Shown: piece by piece, positions 38,204 to 51,038 of the stretch
Layout of the letters: each line of letters opens with the position of its first letter
Position numbering within the stretch: position 1 is the stretch's first letter
NCBI GenBank assembly: GCA_038496445.1
Contig: JALMLS010000525.1
Coordinates: forward strand, 1-64,000
DNA from: Trichosphaerium sp. ATCC 40318
Taxonomy: Eukaryota; Protista; Tubulinea
Reading direction: 5' to 3'
DNA length: 64,000 nucleotides
Made by a program: the position numbers and the translations under genes
The notes under the pieces: model-generated
What the model saw: only the letters and a program-made list of their open reading frames with translations
Database searches by the model: none
What the model was told of the DNA's origin: nothing

Positions 38204-41188
38204 TTAACGATTAAACGCACATGATTGTTTTTTCCGTTCACGTTTCCTCTCAATAATTACTTCTCTTATTGTTCCAAGTTGTTTTAAAGAAATATGAAAG
38301 TCCACTGGATCCAATACTAGTCCATCAGGTAAAGTTACTTGTAAATGTGCTGATCCAAGGGCAGAAGAGTTTCTTAATCCTTTTTTACGAAGTCTTGGTG
38401 ATTTTACGGGACTATCAGCGAGAGCTTCTTGCATGACATCTAATAGCCTATTCATTCGAAAAAAGTTAGTAAAACCTGTTCTCCAGAACATTTCTTTATC
38501 AAACTCTGACTTACTTTTTTGAAGGGTCGTAATCACATACAAATGGGTCTTCTGTTTTAAAGTTAAAATATAATACAAGCAATAAAGTGTTAAGTGTTTT
38601 TTGTGTTTTTTGTGTTTTTTGGTCCAATTGATAAAAAGTGGACTTACTGTTGGGCCTGTGAACTACAAAAAGTTGTTTTAAATCTGCCAAGGAAACTCTA
38701 CCAATTGGTTGATCTTTTGATATATCTCTATCACCGCTAAAAGACTTGGATCGATGTCGATTCTAAAAACGTGATTTTCAAAGTTAGTAAAAATACCCTA
38801 AGTGGAATCCTTCCTACCAATAGCGGTATCGGTCGTTGTCGAACTGGCTGATGATTTCCTGATTTCCTCCTTGTAGCATCACGCATTTTTTGATTATTTA
38901 TTTGCTTAAGAAGATCGTCTATACTCTCAACACCATTTATACCTCGTTTTACTGCATTGTTTTTTGAAAACTACAATAAGAAATGTCACCATTGGATGTA
39001 ATTCAAGCCCTGTATTATGTTTATGTATTTGACAAAACTGTACGTACTTTTTTCAACCTTGGTTGAAAAGAAGGGTCCAACATTTTACGTATCCGTATCA
39101 CTAAAGTAGGAAAAAGTTAAGAAAAAAAACGATATCTTTGCTCAAAGAAGAACGCTTTGATTAAAGATCTTGTAGTTAAGCGTACATGTTGAGGCTCTGT
39201 TAGAAATTGCTGCATTAAAACTGGCCTTTGTGAGTTTACCTTTAAGATCAACTTGTATCATATACGTTAAATCACATGTGTTTGGATGTGTCTTTGAAAC
39301 TTTACAATAAAATCCAGACATAATAGATTCAGCTCTGACTTGATTCTTTTTCTTGGGTTGATGTACTAAAACTGACCGAGATATAACAATGAACCCTTTG
39401 ACTACATTAGAACCAGTAGGTTAAAGAAATTTTACACAATTGTGAAGTGAGTTTACACGTGTGAATCAAAGCGGGAAAAATTGTCACCGACTCAAAAATA
39501 AAAATAGTTGAAAAAAAAAGTATTTTGGCTATTATGCGCATCAGCTTCCTTTTCAAAGTTTGTTTACCATCTCGTGATTTCTTAACTGTTCTTAATAAAG
39601 TAAATTCACGTGCGCGACTTAAAAAAGACGGCATCTTGCACATGATATGCAATAACTAGAAAAAAAATGTTAATTAGAAAAGTTAAGTAGATTTCAAAAT
39701 AATTTTGTTGTACGTCTGTGTTCTTGTCCAGTTGCCTTAGTACTTTTGCAAAAGTACACACTTTATCGTATGACTTAATTTTAGATACATCCATAACCAA
39801 ATCGTATATCTATAATAGAAGAAAAGCGTCAACAATGCATGACTGAATTTTGGGTTTTTTCAGCCTATTTTCAAAAAACGCACTTTCTTTGCTGTCGTCG
39901 CTATCCTAGCAATAGCTTCTCAAATTAGCTCGACTAGTATTACTTACTTACCTTTTACCTTAACCAAGCTATTACGACTATCATAGTCTTGCATGTACAC
40001 CTAATCGACATAAACAAAAAAATTCAAAAAAAACGTGATAAACGCCACCTTAACATCTCTTCTCACTTCAGAAAATTTCCACTTCTCTAAAAAAATCACA
40101 TGACGTCATAAATTGATTTTCTCCAAATATTAAAATATTAATAGTAAAGTGTACCTGGATCCTTTTCTTCGCATTCTTTAGCGAACTGATCTATTTTAAA
40201 AAGAGATCAATAAAGAAAAAAAAAAAAGAAAAAAAAAAAAAAAAAAGAAAAAAGTATTAATCAAAAACTCTCTTCATTTTCGGCGTTTCGATACCATATA
40301 ATACACTAGGCAACCTTGATACTGTACCACGTCTGTGATTTAATCTAGAGCTATTCAAAAAACAGTTAGAGATAAATATCGAGGTAAACAAATAAAAAGA
40401 CAAGATTGACATACCTCCTCATATTAAACATGACGCAGGCTTTTACAAACCGCGGGAAACAATCAGTAGCGAGTATTTTGAAGACTTGCCTGACACGAAA
40501 AAAACCCATTAATGAGTTTTAAAGTAAATCACGGCGGATATTTAAAAGCCCAAAAAACGGTAATGTTCAACGCACTCTTTAGCCTCTTCAAAGATTGTAC
40601 ACGCCTCTCCTGTGAAATTTGATTCAATTGTTAGTTGTTTCTGTATTTCCAAAGCAACAGGTCCAGAAATATTAAGCATCTATCACGTGGTTGGAGAGAA
40701 CCAAAAAAACAACAAAAAAGTTGTATTTTGATGTAAACTCTGACTTTGTTACATCACAGAAACGTACCTTAGGCGCTTCTTTTCTATCAATATATATTTT
40801 ATACAAGTCTTTAGCGTATTTTTGACGAACTTTCGGGTCTGTCTCCTCAGTAAACTGTTCTAAATCCAACCAAAAGCATCTACATACAAAGGAAAGTTAA
40901 AAAACATTAAATTGATTGTCGATAATAGTTGTTTATCCAAAGCACGTGCATGTTTTCATCGCATAGCTCCTTCTCCAAAAATTTAGTAAATTCCTTTCTT
41001 ACAGAAGGAACAGTCAGAGCATCGTCTAGTGGGTTTGATTTTCGTTAAAATAGACAACATGTTCAAACTAATTTATTTTTTTGTTTTTTGCTCGTTTGTA
41101 AAGAGGAAAGGGCAGGGGTACCGAGGGTAAGCTTTTTTGTGTCTTCTTTTTGATTATTTTTATCCTTAGCCTCTTTAGGCTCTGACAT
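38204..41188 (-). CDS. RGS domain plus START lipid-binding domain protein, multi-exon
   Basis: RGS: EFTKFLEKELCDENICFWLDLEQF...AKDLYKIYIDRKEAPKLNISG...IFEEAK...ILATDCFPRF. START: KWKFSEVRRDVKVYM...IYDLVMDVSKIKSYDK...FFKSREFTLLR...FIVISRSV...VRAESIMSGFYC...CDLTYMIQVDLK. Confidence 0.85.
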
Positions 41189-41676
41189 GAGCGTAGCTCC
41201 TTTTAGCTATGAAGATATTGTACGTTCACGTGATTACTTTAAATGACTCTGTAAAACTTAAACTGTGAATGTCAAGATGAAAGGCTACAAGACCTACCCA
41301 TCTTTTTACGACACAACAAACGAGCCATAAGTTTATTTGTAGTATAACAACGTGTTCATGAACTAGAATAAAGTGTGGCTCTTACGTCAACTGATAAACC
41401 AACAAGTACAACACACGTGATTTGTAGTTTGGTGGAAGGTCAACAAAATCACTAAGAAATGGCACACTTCGTGTCCCTTTCTTCGTACATTCTCAAGTCA
41501 TTGTCACATTAACCGTTTTTTCATAGTCATATATAGCATCACAGGTAGATCTGTAGCTTTGCGAAGACTGCTTATCAATTTACTAAATAAGCAAGGATTT
41601 GAAAATAGTTTCTCAATTTGTCCAACAACCGAAAACAGCCACTTGACGTTTGACAAGAAAAGAAAAAAAAAATACT
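41189..41676. promoter_or_regulatory. Divergent promoter shared by the RGS-START and Roco genes, with CACGTG (E-box/G-box) sites
   Basis: Start codons 41188 (-) and 41677 (+) face away from each other. TCACGTGA at 41226 and ACACGTGA at about 41413. Confidence 0.5.
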
Positions 41677-44600
41677 ATGGAGGTAGATGTACGTCTACAA
41701 GACGTATTGATATCAAGAGATTCTTCCATAAGTATGTTTAAAGCCAACTATGTTTATTACAATGCACAAATACCCTATAGGTGATGAAGACGTTTCTAAA
41801 TTTGCAAAATACCTCAAAACACGTGATGCGTATTTCGCGATAGATTTCAGGCACGCTGTTTTACTTTTTTTTTTTTCTAAACAGCATCTAATACTTTATA
41901 GTAACAATAAGATAACAGATAAAGGTATGGTAACGCGTCACGTGATAGTTTTAACAATATTATTTAAAAGCGGTCGCTCTGTTTGCCCCAGTACTATTGG
42001 AACGAAGTGTTATACATTTAGCTCTTGATAACAATGGTATTTCAGTTCAAGGTTAGTGTGATTGTGTATTTGATAGAATTGTATGCTTACGCGTCACAAA
42101 GGCGCTTCGAGGCTTGCTTCTGTACTACAACATAGTGAAACTTTAACAGTCCTTACTTTGAGTGGTAATAATATTGGTCCCACTGGCGCTACGTTACTTA
42201 TAAATGGTTAACCTTTTGACATCTATAACTGTGCACGCGAAGTTAATCTTTTTTTTATGGATAGGCTTACTATCAAATAAACAACTTCAAGAGCTTGATT
42301 TGGGACAAAACAACATAGGAGGTCTTCGGTTTGGATCATCTACAGCAAAAGGTATAATGGATTTTTTTTTTGAATGTTTCCTTCTATGACACTCCTCATA
42401 CAAACCATAATAGGCGGTGAAAGTATAGCCGAGGTTTTAAAGCATAATACAACGCTAGTTTACCTAAACTTACGGTACTAATAACCCGATAATTTCTTTG
42501 GTAATTGCTTAGTTTGGTATTTTTTGTTAGAGGAAATCTTTTTGGTTGTAGGGCTGCTAAAAGTTTCGCTGATGCACTTGTTATAAACAAAGGACTCTCA
42601 ACCCTTTGCCTTGCAAATAATTGTATAGATAGACATGTTAGTACTTTATCAATTAACACCACATTAATCAAAGCATTGTAGGGCGCTCTCGCTTTAGCAA
42701 AGAGTTTAGTTCGAAATGAAACTTTGACAGTACGTGATATTTTGCTTCCCCTATTGAGTTTCACACATGTACCTAGCATCTCGACTTAAGCTCTAATCGG
42801 ATTGATGAGTTTGGTGCTACAGCATTCAGCGAGGCTTTAACGCGAAATTACACTTTGAGAACAATAAACTTGGTGAACAATCCAATCACCTCTACAGGTA
42901 GTTTTGAAGCCTTTTTTAGAATCACTCAACGTACCACTGACTTCTCCTAAAGGCGCATCGCAGCTTGCCAGAAGTCTGTCACTTAATACTTCGCTCACGT
43001 GCCTAAATTTAGATTCGTTTCCTCGCGAACAAGAGCTCAATATTCTTTTCCTACAGCAATTACAACGAATACCTAACATAAACACAATCGCTCAGTTTTG
43101 GAAACCGCCAGATCTTTTACGCCACTTGCAGACAAGTCAAATCGTAGAACAGAATGTAGAGAATAATGTAGATGCTGTTATTCTTGTAGGAAAGCAGTTG
43201 AGGAACATACCTGCTCATGTCATAACACTGTCGAATTTGACACATTTAACTTTATGCGATAATCACATGCCACTATTGCCTGTTTGGTTGGGAAAGTTGA
43301 TACACCTCAAGAGCCTAGTTTTACGTAAAAATCATCTATCAAGCTTGGCTGGATGGCTTGGATTACTTGTGAACTTGGAACACCTTGATGTAAGGTAAGT
43401 ACGACGGACTATTTGAAGTTGCGTTTCAAAGAACTAATTATTTCGTTTTTTCTTATTTTTAGTTTCAACGCATTGACAGCTTTACCTGATGAAATAGAAC
43501 TTACAACTTCTTTGACATCGTTGAACGTAAGTTGTAATAACCTCAAATCCATAAAAGGCCATATATGCAGCTGCACAAAACTAAGGGAGCTATTACTTCG
43601 AAGAAATGCCATAAAGACTCTTCCACATAATCTTTATCTTTTATCAAAATTAAGAGTTCTTGATATATCTGGAAACCAACTATCTAACATGCTTTCATTC
43701 ATGCCAACGAACAGAATAATAACATCACAACATGATATAAGACTCCTTTTAATGTACTTGCATATGACAGGTAAAGACAAAATCAAGATGTCTCGGATGC
43801 GAGTCATTGTCGTTGGAGATAGATCAACAGGAAAAAGGTACATAGGCAAAAAAAAAAGTCAACTTAAAATCCTTCACTTCAAAAAAAGAAAACCAACAAA
43901 TTTCACGTGTCACGTGTTAGTTGTATAATTAGTGAAAACAAAAAAGTGTATTTTAACATTCGAGACGTCCATTAATTTCAAGAATGTTGACTTTCTTGGA
44001 GTTGATCGCGTTTTGTTTAGCTACTAGCTTACTTGGTTCTTATTTTAGTGCTTTAATTAAGTTGATAACAGAAATAAAAAAACCACTCAGAGAGGATGGC
44101 CGTACTTCATCACCTATAGATATAACGGATGCCACAATAGACGGCATCGATTTTGAGTTTTGGGATTTTGGTGACATAAACAAAATAAGCTACGACAAGG
44201 TATGTCTATCTTACTCTCCTGGTTTCGTTTACTAAGTTTGATGATGTAGGTATTTCATCCAATGGCTTTATATATTCTTGTACATACATTGGTTGAAGAC
44301 GAGAACGAGCAATTGCCGTTTTGGTTTAATGTACGCCAAATTTCTTTTCGTACAACTTTTTTTTTTTTGAAAAACACGTGATTTGCCGTTTTCTTATGTT
44401 AACATGTAGGAAATAAGAATGCATGCACCTACCGCACCTTTACTTGTAGTTGGTACTCACCTCGATGATAAAAAGTGTAATGAAAAATACCTGGAGATTA
44501 GGCGGTATAAAATGAGACAGTAAGCAAAAGTTGAAAAAAAAAATTACCGTACTTGTCTAAACAATTCTAATTTTATTGAATAAGACAGTACCGTCGATAT

Positions 44601-47600
44601 AATTACTTAGATTACTTTGAAATATCAAACGAGAAATCAAGACGGAAAACAGTAACTCTAGGGAAAACTAGACAGCTGAGAACACTTTCAAAGAAAAGAA
44701 GTAAGGAAGATTGCAGTTTTTTTGCTCTTTAAGCCTTTCTGATTCTTTACTCTTAAGGTGGTCAACTCAATCCGACCAAGCTTTCTCTTTTACAAAATAG
44801 ATTAGTGGTTCTTGCCAAAGCGCAGTTCGCAAGTCAGCCAATTCCAGGAAGTTACAAGGTACGACCAAATCATAAAAAATTCTCAAGAATTTGCTTTTTT
44901 TGTGGATCGATAAAGACTAAAGTTAAAGGGAGTGGTACAAAGTATGGTTGCTATAAGCATGTCAACAAGTCAATCGCATATTACTCTTGAGGAATTTTAT
45001 AAACTTGCAGCTACTTTTAAAGATGATAGAAGAAATATACAATTCGTACTTCACATGTTAAGAAATATTGGACAGATTGTGTTTTTTGAAGATGATCCAG
45101 TACTTGGGCGTATTCTATTTAGTAGGCGATTTGTACCTATACTAATGGACATTGTTACAAGAAGAAAAGTCAAACATACCAACGGTAAGTCATTTATCAG
45201 GTTCAAAAAATATTAAGGAAAAAACATAGGATTTATCACATTGTCGAAAGGTGATTCTCTGCTTCCAAAGACATTCGATAATCATTCAACGTTTGTTTCG
45301 CTATTAGAAAAGTTTGATATATCCTTCAAACTAGATGAAACCACTCATTTTGTGCCATACACTTTGCATGAAAGACCTTCAACTGTAAGCGAAGTTTTGT
45401 CTTACTTTTTTTATTGAAGTTTTTTGTAGGATTATAAAATGTTCAAAGACAAGACTGTCTTTGTTCCAAGCAATGTTGAACAACATACACGGGTTTTTGA
45501 ATTTCCTAATATGCCTTACTACTTCTTTTATCGATGTATTGCAATTTTATTCAGCATACCTGGAGTCAGTGTTAATGCAATCTATCAAAAAGGTATTTTC
45601 TCATTATTTTCTCACACAAGTTTTTTGAAGAAAGAGTTTAAACTCACGTGGTTTACAGGTATTGTCATCTCTAACGGTGGCCAAATGGTTATACTAGAAT
45701 ACATTCCGATGGAGAAAATATCCTTAACTGTTCAAACAGTAGCTACACGTGGAGAACTGCATCCAGGAGATGAACTTTTTGTAATTTTAGTAACACTTTT
45801 GAGTGGATACACATCACAATTTTTAACTGATGCTGGGCGGGTTGATTCGTTCAAGCATAGCATAGTATGTCCTAGGTGTGTCCAACATCGTGATACAATC
45901 CCACATACCACAATTTATAGCTACGACGAAGTGGTAACAATGATACTTTTGGGTAACGTCTTTTACTCTTAAACAAGAGACCATAAACAAAATACTGACT
46001 ATTCAATAGGTGACACAATCTACTGTAATGAAGTACCATTATCTCCAAGAGAATTAGCACCGGATGTTGCAATGAAATACTTACCAACAATAACAAATCT
46101 TAAAGTCGGCACTGAGGTACAAAAAACTAGACGTGAAACAATGACTGACAATGTTACAATCTAGCTTGGACGTGGTGTAAATAGTATGGTGTATGCTGGT
46201 TCTCTTGAAGACTCGAAAGGTTCTAAAGAAGTATTTATAAAGCAATACATACCAAGCAAGGTAATCAAACAGAACAAAATCTTTTTTTGCAAAACCAACC
46301 TAAAAATTAATCTCATTTTCTCACGCCAAAATCTTCATAGAAAGGAGACACAGAGAAGTTTAATGAATTCCAACGGGAAGCATACATAATGAGGTAAGAT
46401 TGACTGAGAGTTTGTTTCCACGTGTACGATTCTAAGTCTTCAAAAAGCTTGTTAAGCCACCCCAATTTGATACGCGCTTATGGTGTTGTACGCAACCCTT
46501 TGAGCGTTGTAATGAGGAATGTACCTCCTATTACGCTCCTTGATTATCTTCAAAACATGACAAAGAATAATCTGAACTTCCCATGGTCCGAAAGACGTAA
46601 AATAGCTCTAGACATATCAAGGGGCATGCAGGTGAAACAAAACAATACTGTACTTTCTCAAAAAACTAACTTTCGCAAAAGGCCATGCACAGCTTCTCAC
46701 CCCAAATCCTACATCTGAACCTTTCCGCAAGATCTGTATATGCACGTACTAGAATCCAATGCTAATTGCCGTTGTCCTGGTACGTGTTTCGTGAAATTAA
46801 CAGCTGTCGTAGGTGTACAATAATGGTGAAGATGGTAATGTTCATATAAAGATAGGTGATTTCAGCTGTGCTACTTTATACAGACCTTTCTTGCATCGAA
46901 CATCTAAATCAAATGATGTCACTTGGCAATACCAATCACCAGAGATTTTTGATAGCAAACAATATGTTACAGAAAAGTCTGATGTGTACAGGTACATTCA
47001 AAAATTATTTCCAAAAAAAAATTACATTGAAGCCACAAAATCACGTGATATTTGTGATAAGTTTCTTTTCAAAAAAATTATGCTAATGGTTGGGTTTTTT
47101 AGCTATGGCATTCTATTGTGGCAGTTAGCTTCAAGGTACGTTGCAACCTCTCTTTTTTTTTTCGTCACCAGTCTTTTGAGTACAAATTTGAATTGAATTT
47201 CTTGTCTGACTTTGATTCGTCAGTACATTGCCATACGCAGCTGGAATGCCTAGAGAGAATATGGTTCATGTCCTCACTGAAAATGAAGCACAAGATAAAT
47301 CATTAGTTGACAGAATTAAAGCGCTTCCTTTTACTGTTAAAACAAGAAGAGAAAAACTGAGGGTATCTTTTTTTGTTTTCGAATAAATAGCTTCGCGTGG
47401 TTCTTACAGTTATTTTTAGGTTGAGTGTGCAATACCTCATGTCAGAGAAGTAAAGCGTGCTATATTATCTCATAGAAAACGACCAATTATTCCTTATGAT
47501 TGTCCAGTAATGGAGAAACAACTCATGCAAAAATGCTGGTCGCATTGTACGTTTTAGTGTAAAAAAGCCGTTCGATGACTTATTTGTTTTTCTAAGATCC

Positions 47601-49764
47601 GAGAGCAAGACCTACTTTTGAAGAGATTACAACACAGTTGTCAAAGTCTATTGATAGTAATACAAAGGATCTTCTAAGAGCTACAACTTTAGTAGATTTA
47701 AAGGTCAATGATGGCATCATAAACGTAGATGAAAGGGTACGCCACGCAATACCAGTTTTTGACTTTTTGTGTAAAAAGCGAGAAAAAAAATATTGATTTT
47801 AATGATGTTCAGACGAAAATTCAATGTGAGGGTATTACATGCTGTACACGTGTTGGAGAAACAGTGTGGCTTGGAACTTCAAGAGGATCTTTTGGTGTTT
47901 ACAATATGAAAGTAAGGAGAGGTCAATCTTATTGTTTTTGAGCGTTTTTTTTGTTGACCACATTGTTATAGACCAAGATAACGAAAATGCTTCATTACCG
48001 GAAGAGCCGTGTGTATACTATAATATATACTGGAGATACTGTTTGGACATCTTACGAAGATGGTATGATATGTGTATGGAACCCTCAGGTAAACACTTAA
48101 AAAAAAACTTTTCTTTTATTTTTCCATTAATCTTCATTCAGACGCTCATGTGCGAGAAAGAGATTGAACTTCACAATGGACTAGTCAAAGCCTTGATTTT
48201 AGATAAGATTGGTTCTCAGTATCGAGTTTGGTCTGGAGATACAGAAGGTGTAATCTGCAGGTGGAAGGTATGCTACAGCGCTCAATTTATTGCAGCCTTA
48301 AAAGTTGTTTTTAGGATGTTGTTTGTATGCAACGTCTTAGTATTGACTATCCTGTCTTCAGTATGCTCAAGGTACGGATTAAGCGACTAGGTTATTTTCT
48401 CCCACTGACGTGCTTTAGGTGATGGAGAATGATAAAGAGAAAATATGGTTTGGTACAGATGGTCACGTTGCAATTTTGGATGTTTCAACAAAAAAAGTGA
48501 AGCATAGTTGGAAAGCGCATTCTGGTATGGTTAATCAATTATTACGACACAATGATACAGTGTGGACATGTGGAAATAAGAAAATCTGTGTATGGAACGT
48601 CAAGGTATACAGACACTTGAACACAATCAAGAAAATGTTGTTGTACTTTTGCTAATCTTTGGCTTAGACGAAACAACTGATAAAGGAGTTTAATGGTCAT
48701 ACAGGACGTGTCCATTGTCTTAATAAGGTAATTCATGCAGGAAAGCATCATATTTGGAGTGGTAGCTTTGATAGGTACTGTTGTATTTTGAGGCTTTTTG
48801 AATCTTGTTATTAACTGTACATTACCAATACAGATCCATTCTTGTTTGGGATCCTGTTGAATACAAGTGTGTCGCTGAACTAAAACAACACAATGAAAGC
48901 GTACGCTGTATTGTTGACTTGGAAGGTACAATTTCAATTGCATTGACCCTATTATGGGATGAACACTCCATCGTGTAATCTTTTTCAACGTTGAACTATT
49001 TTTGGTGATGAATTTGCGAGCCATCGCAGAATTGGATGTTTTTTCCTCCGTTTTCATAATCACCACTTTATTTAGTATTAATGTATTTATGTTTTAAGGA
49101 TATGTTATGAGCGGATCTTTGGATAGAACTATTATTTTATGGAAATATGCCTCCCTAAATGAAGAAAAAAAGAGTCCTGATTTTCTACCTAAAAAATCAG
49201 TTAACATACGAAGAACAGCGAAATTTAGAAATCTTAGAGCGTACACAGATCCATTTAAAAACAGAGATATGGATGCTTCTGCACCTGAAGCGTAAGGCCA
49301 GTTTTTTATTAAATATGAACTCAATTTTTTTTTTTCTAAAGGAACTTTTCCAGAGGAGCAAAGTCCCTTCCTGCTGATATGCAATTTGATGGTAATCAAT
49401 CCGTAAATTTAAGACCAAATTGGCAACATGATAAAGGTATAATTTTTAAGCAAGTTAGATGCACTGAAGTAGTTTTTTTTGTCAAACAAAAATCGTTTGT
49501 TTAGTTTTTTTTTTGCTAACATACCATGAAGATTGGCCAACATGTCTTTATTGTGGCTCGCAATTTAATTGGAAAAAACGTAGACATCATTGCAGACGTT
49601 GCGGTAAAATATATTGTAACAAGGTACACATCATTAACAAGATACAAGTGTGTCACTAACATAAAAACCACTAGTGTTGCTTTCAAAAGGTTCCAATTCC
49701 TGAAATGGGATATCACAAGCCTGTTCTTGTTTGCAAACCATGTATTAGCAAAATAACGCAATGA
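41677..49764 (+). CDS. Roco-family (LRRK2-like) protein: RNI-type LRR, LRR, ROC, COR, pseudokinase, WD40, FYVE
   Basis: RNI-like LRRs (LTLSGNNIGPTGA, LDLSSNRIDEFGA) and typical LRRs (LDISGNQL). ROC: RVIVVGDRSTGKS, FWDFGD, LLVVGTHLD. COR: LRNIGQIVFF, LLEKFDI, HFVP, ELAPDVAM. Kinase fold: EFQREAYIMSLLSHPNLI, YQSPEIF, SDVYSYGILLW, CWSH..RPTF. WD40: IWSGSFD, GSLDRTIILW. FYVE: WQHDKDWPTCLYCGSQFNWKKRRHHCRRCGKIYCNKCC...LVCKPC. Confidence 0.9.
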
Positions 49765-50092
49765 TAATACACACGTGTATTGTATTTTGTTTCATAAAAA
49801 AAAAACTCACCCTCAAACCAGAATTCCTTACACCCAGTGGAGTCACACATAGTCCAAAACAAAAAGACAAGCACTCCATATAAAAAAAAAGACATCACGT
49901 GATAATCACGTGCTTGCAATGTTCCCATATACATGTTGTTCCGTTTTATACATTGCATGTATGCCATAATACACCAGTGATCACTACGATTTGATGCTCT
50001 GTAAAAATTTTGTTTCGGATTGACTTTAGTTGTACTCGCGATAAATGTTCTCGTTTCGCCGTTATTTAGCTGATTATCTAACTACATACGAA

Positions 50093-50796
50093 ATGGCAGA
50101 CCATCACCCCGCTATGACTATGAGCGTTATATACGCTGGAGCTGGTAGCTACGGCTTTTATATGACAAAGAGCCTCCCTTCGCTATTGGGCGGTACGATA
50201 GTACTCTAAATACGCTATCTAATCGTTACTAGGTTTCGGTATCGCGTTTACTTACCTTTACGCAGTGTACGAGCCATTTCATACTTTTTTTAATCAAAAG
50301 TCGTTGTGATCGCTACTAACTACTCTTAAAGTAACAGAATGGGCGTTGGTGAAGATATTACAGGTGAGTATCCAAAAACTTTTTGAAAAATCAAATAAAC
50401 ACTCACAACTCCACCTAGGAAACCTAATAGCAGCTAGTACGAGTTCTTTACATAAACTAGTTTTCTAAAGCGGATAAAACAAGTAAAACAACGCTATACG
50501 CGTTCAATAATTCATACAGAACGAGAAAACAACCTTTTAAAATTTTGAAGGAATGATTTCACAGACGTAACGACAATTCTTCCGATTTATTGCAAAACAA
50601 GCTCTAATACACTGGATTAATTATTTGTATAGCTGCTGCAGGTGTTGGCACCTCTATCATGGGAAGACGTGCTTCTGTAGCAAAAGCATGGCAATTACCG
50701 CTTACTGTTTCCATCTTGAGTGGCGTGTCATTGGCATTCCATTCTTACAAGGCTTATGTTTACACAAGCGAAGAGCGTGCTGCAGCAAACGAATAA
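50093..50796 (+). CDS. TMEM14-family small membrane protein
   Basis: MADHHPAMTMSVIYAGAGSYGFYMTKSLPSLLGGFGIAFTYLYA...MGRRASVAKAWQLPLTVSILSGVSLAFHSYK matches the TMEM14 pattern (HPA, GY/GF..KSLPSL.GG, MG.R). Several short introns. Confidence 0.8.
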
Positions 50797-51038
50797 AGAA
50801 CATCCAAAAAAAAAAAACCAAAAACTTTTTGCTGTCACTTCATCGCTGAGTATCTAGACACATGTAAAACTTTACATAAATACATCTGCTTTGCAACACC
50901 ATTTTATATTTATCCACTAAAAAAATCCAGAGGCACGTGTGATATCCTAAAAAAAGGAAAAAAGGAAAAACTCTTCGTGATATTCTATTTCGTGTATTTA
51001 TACAATGTTTGTTGGTTGTTTTTCTTTTTTCTTGATGA

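Noticed and set aside
40211-40254. Long poly(A) tract suggesting a retro-element tail
   Set aside because: It is the poly(T) tract of a minus-strand intron in the RGS-START gene; similar tracts occur in many introns here.
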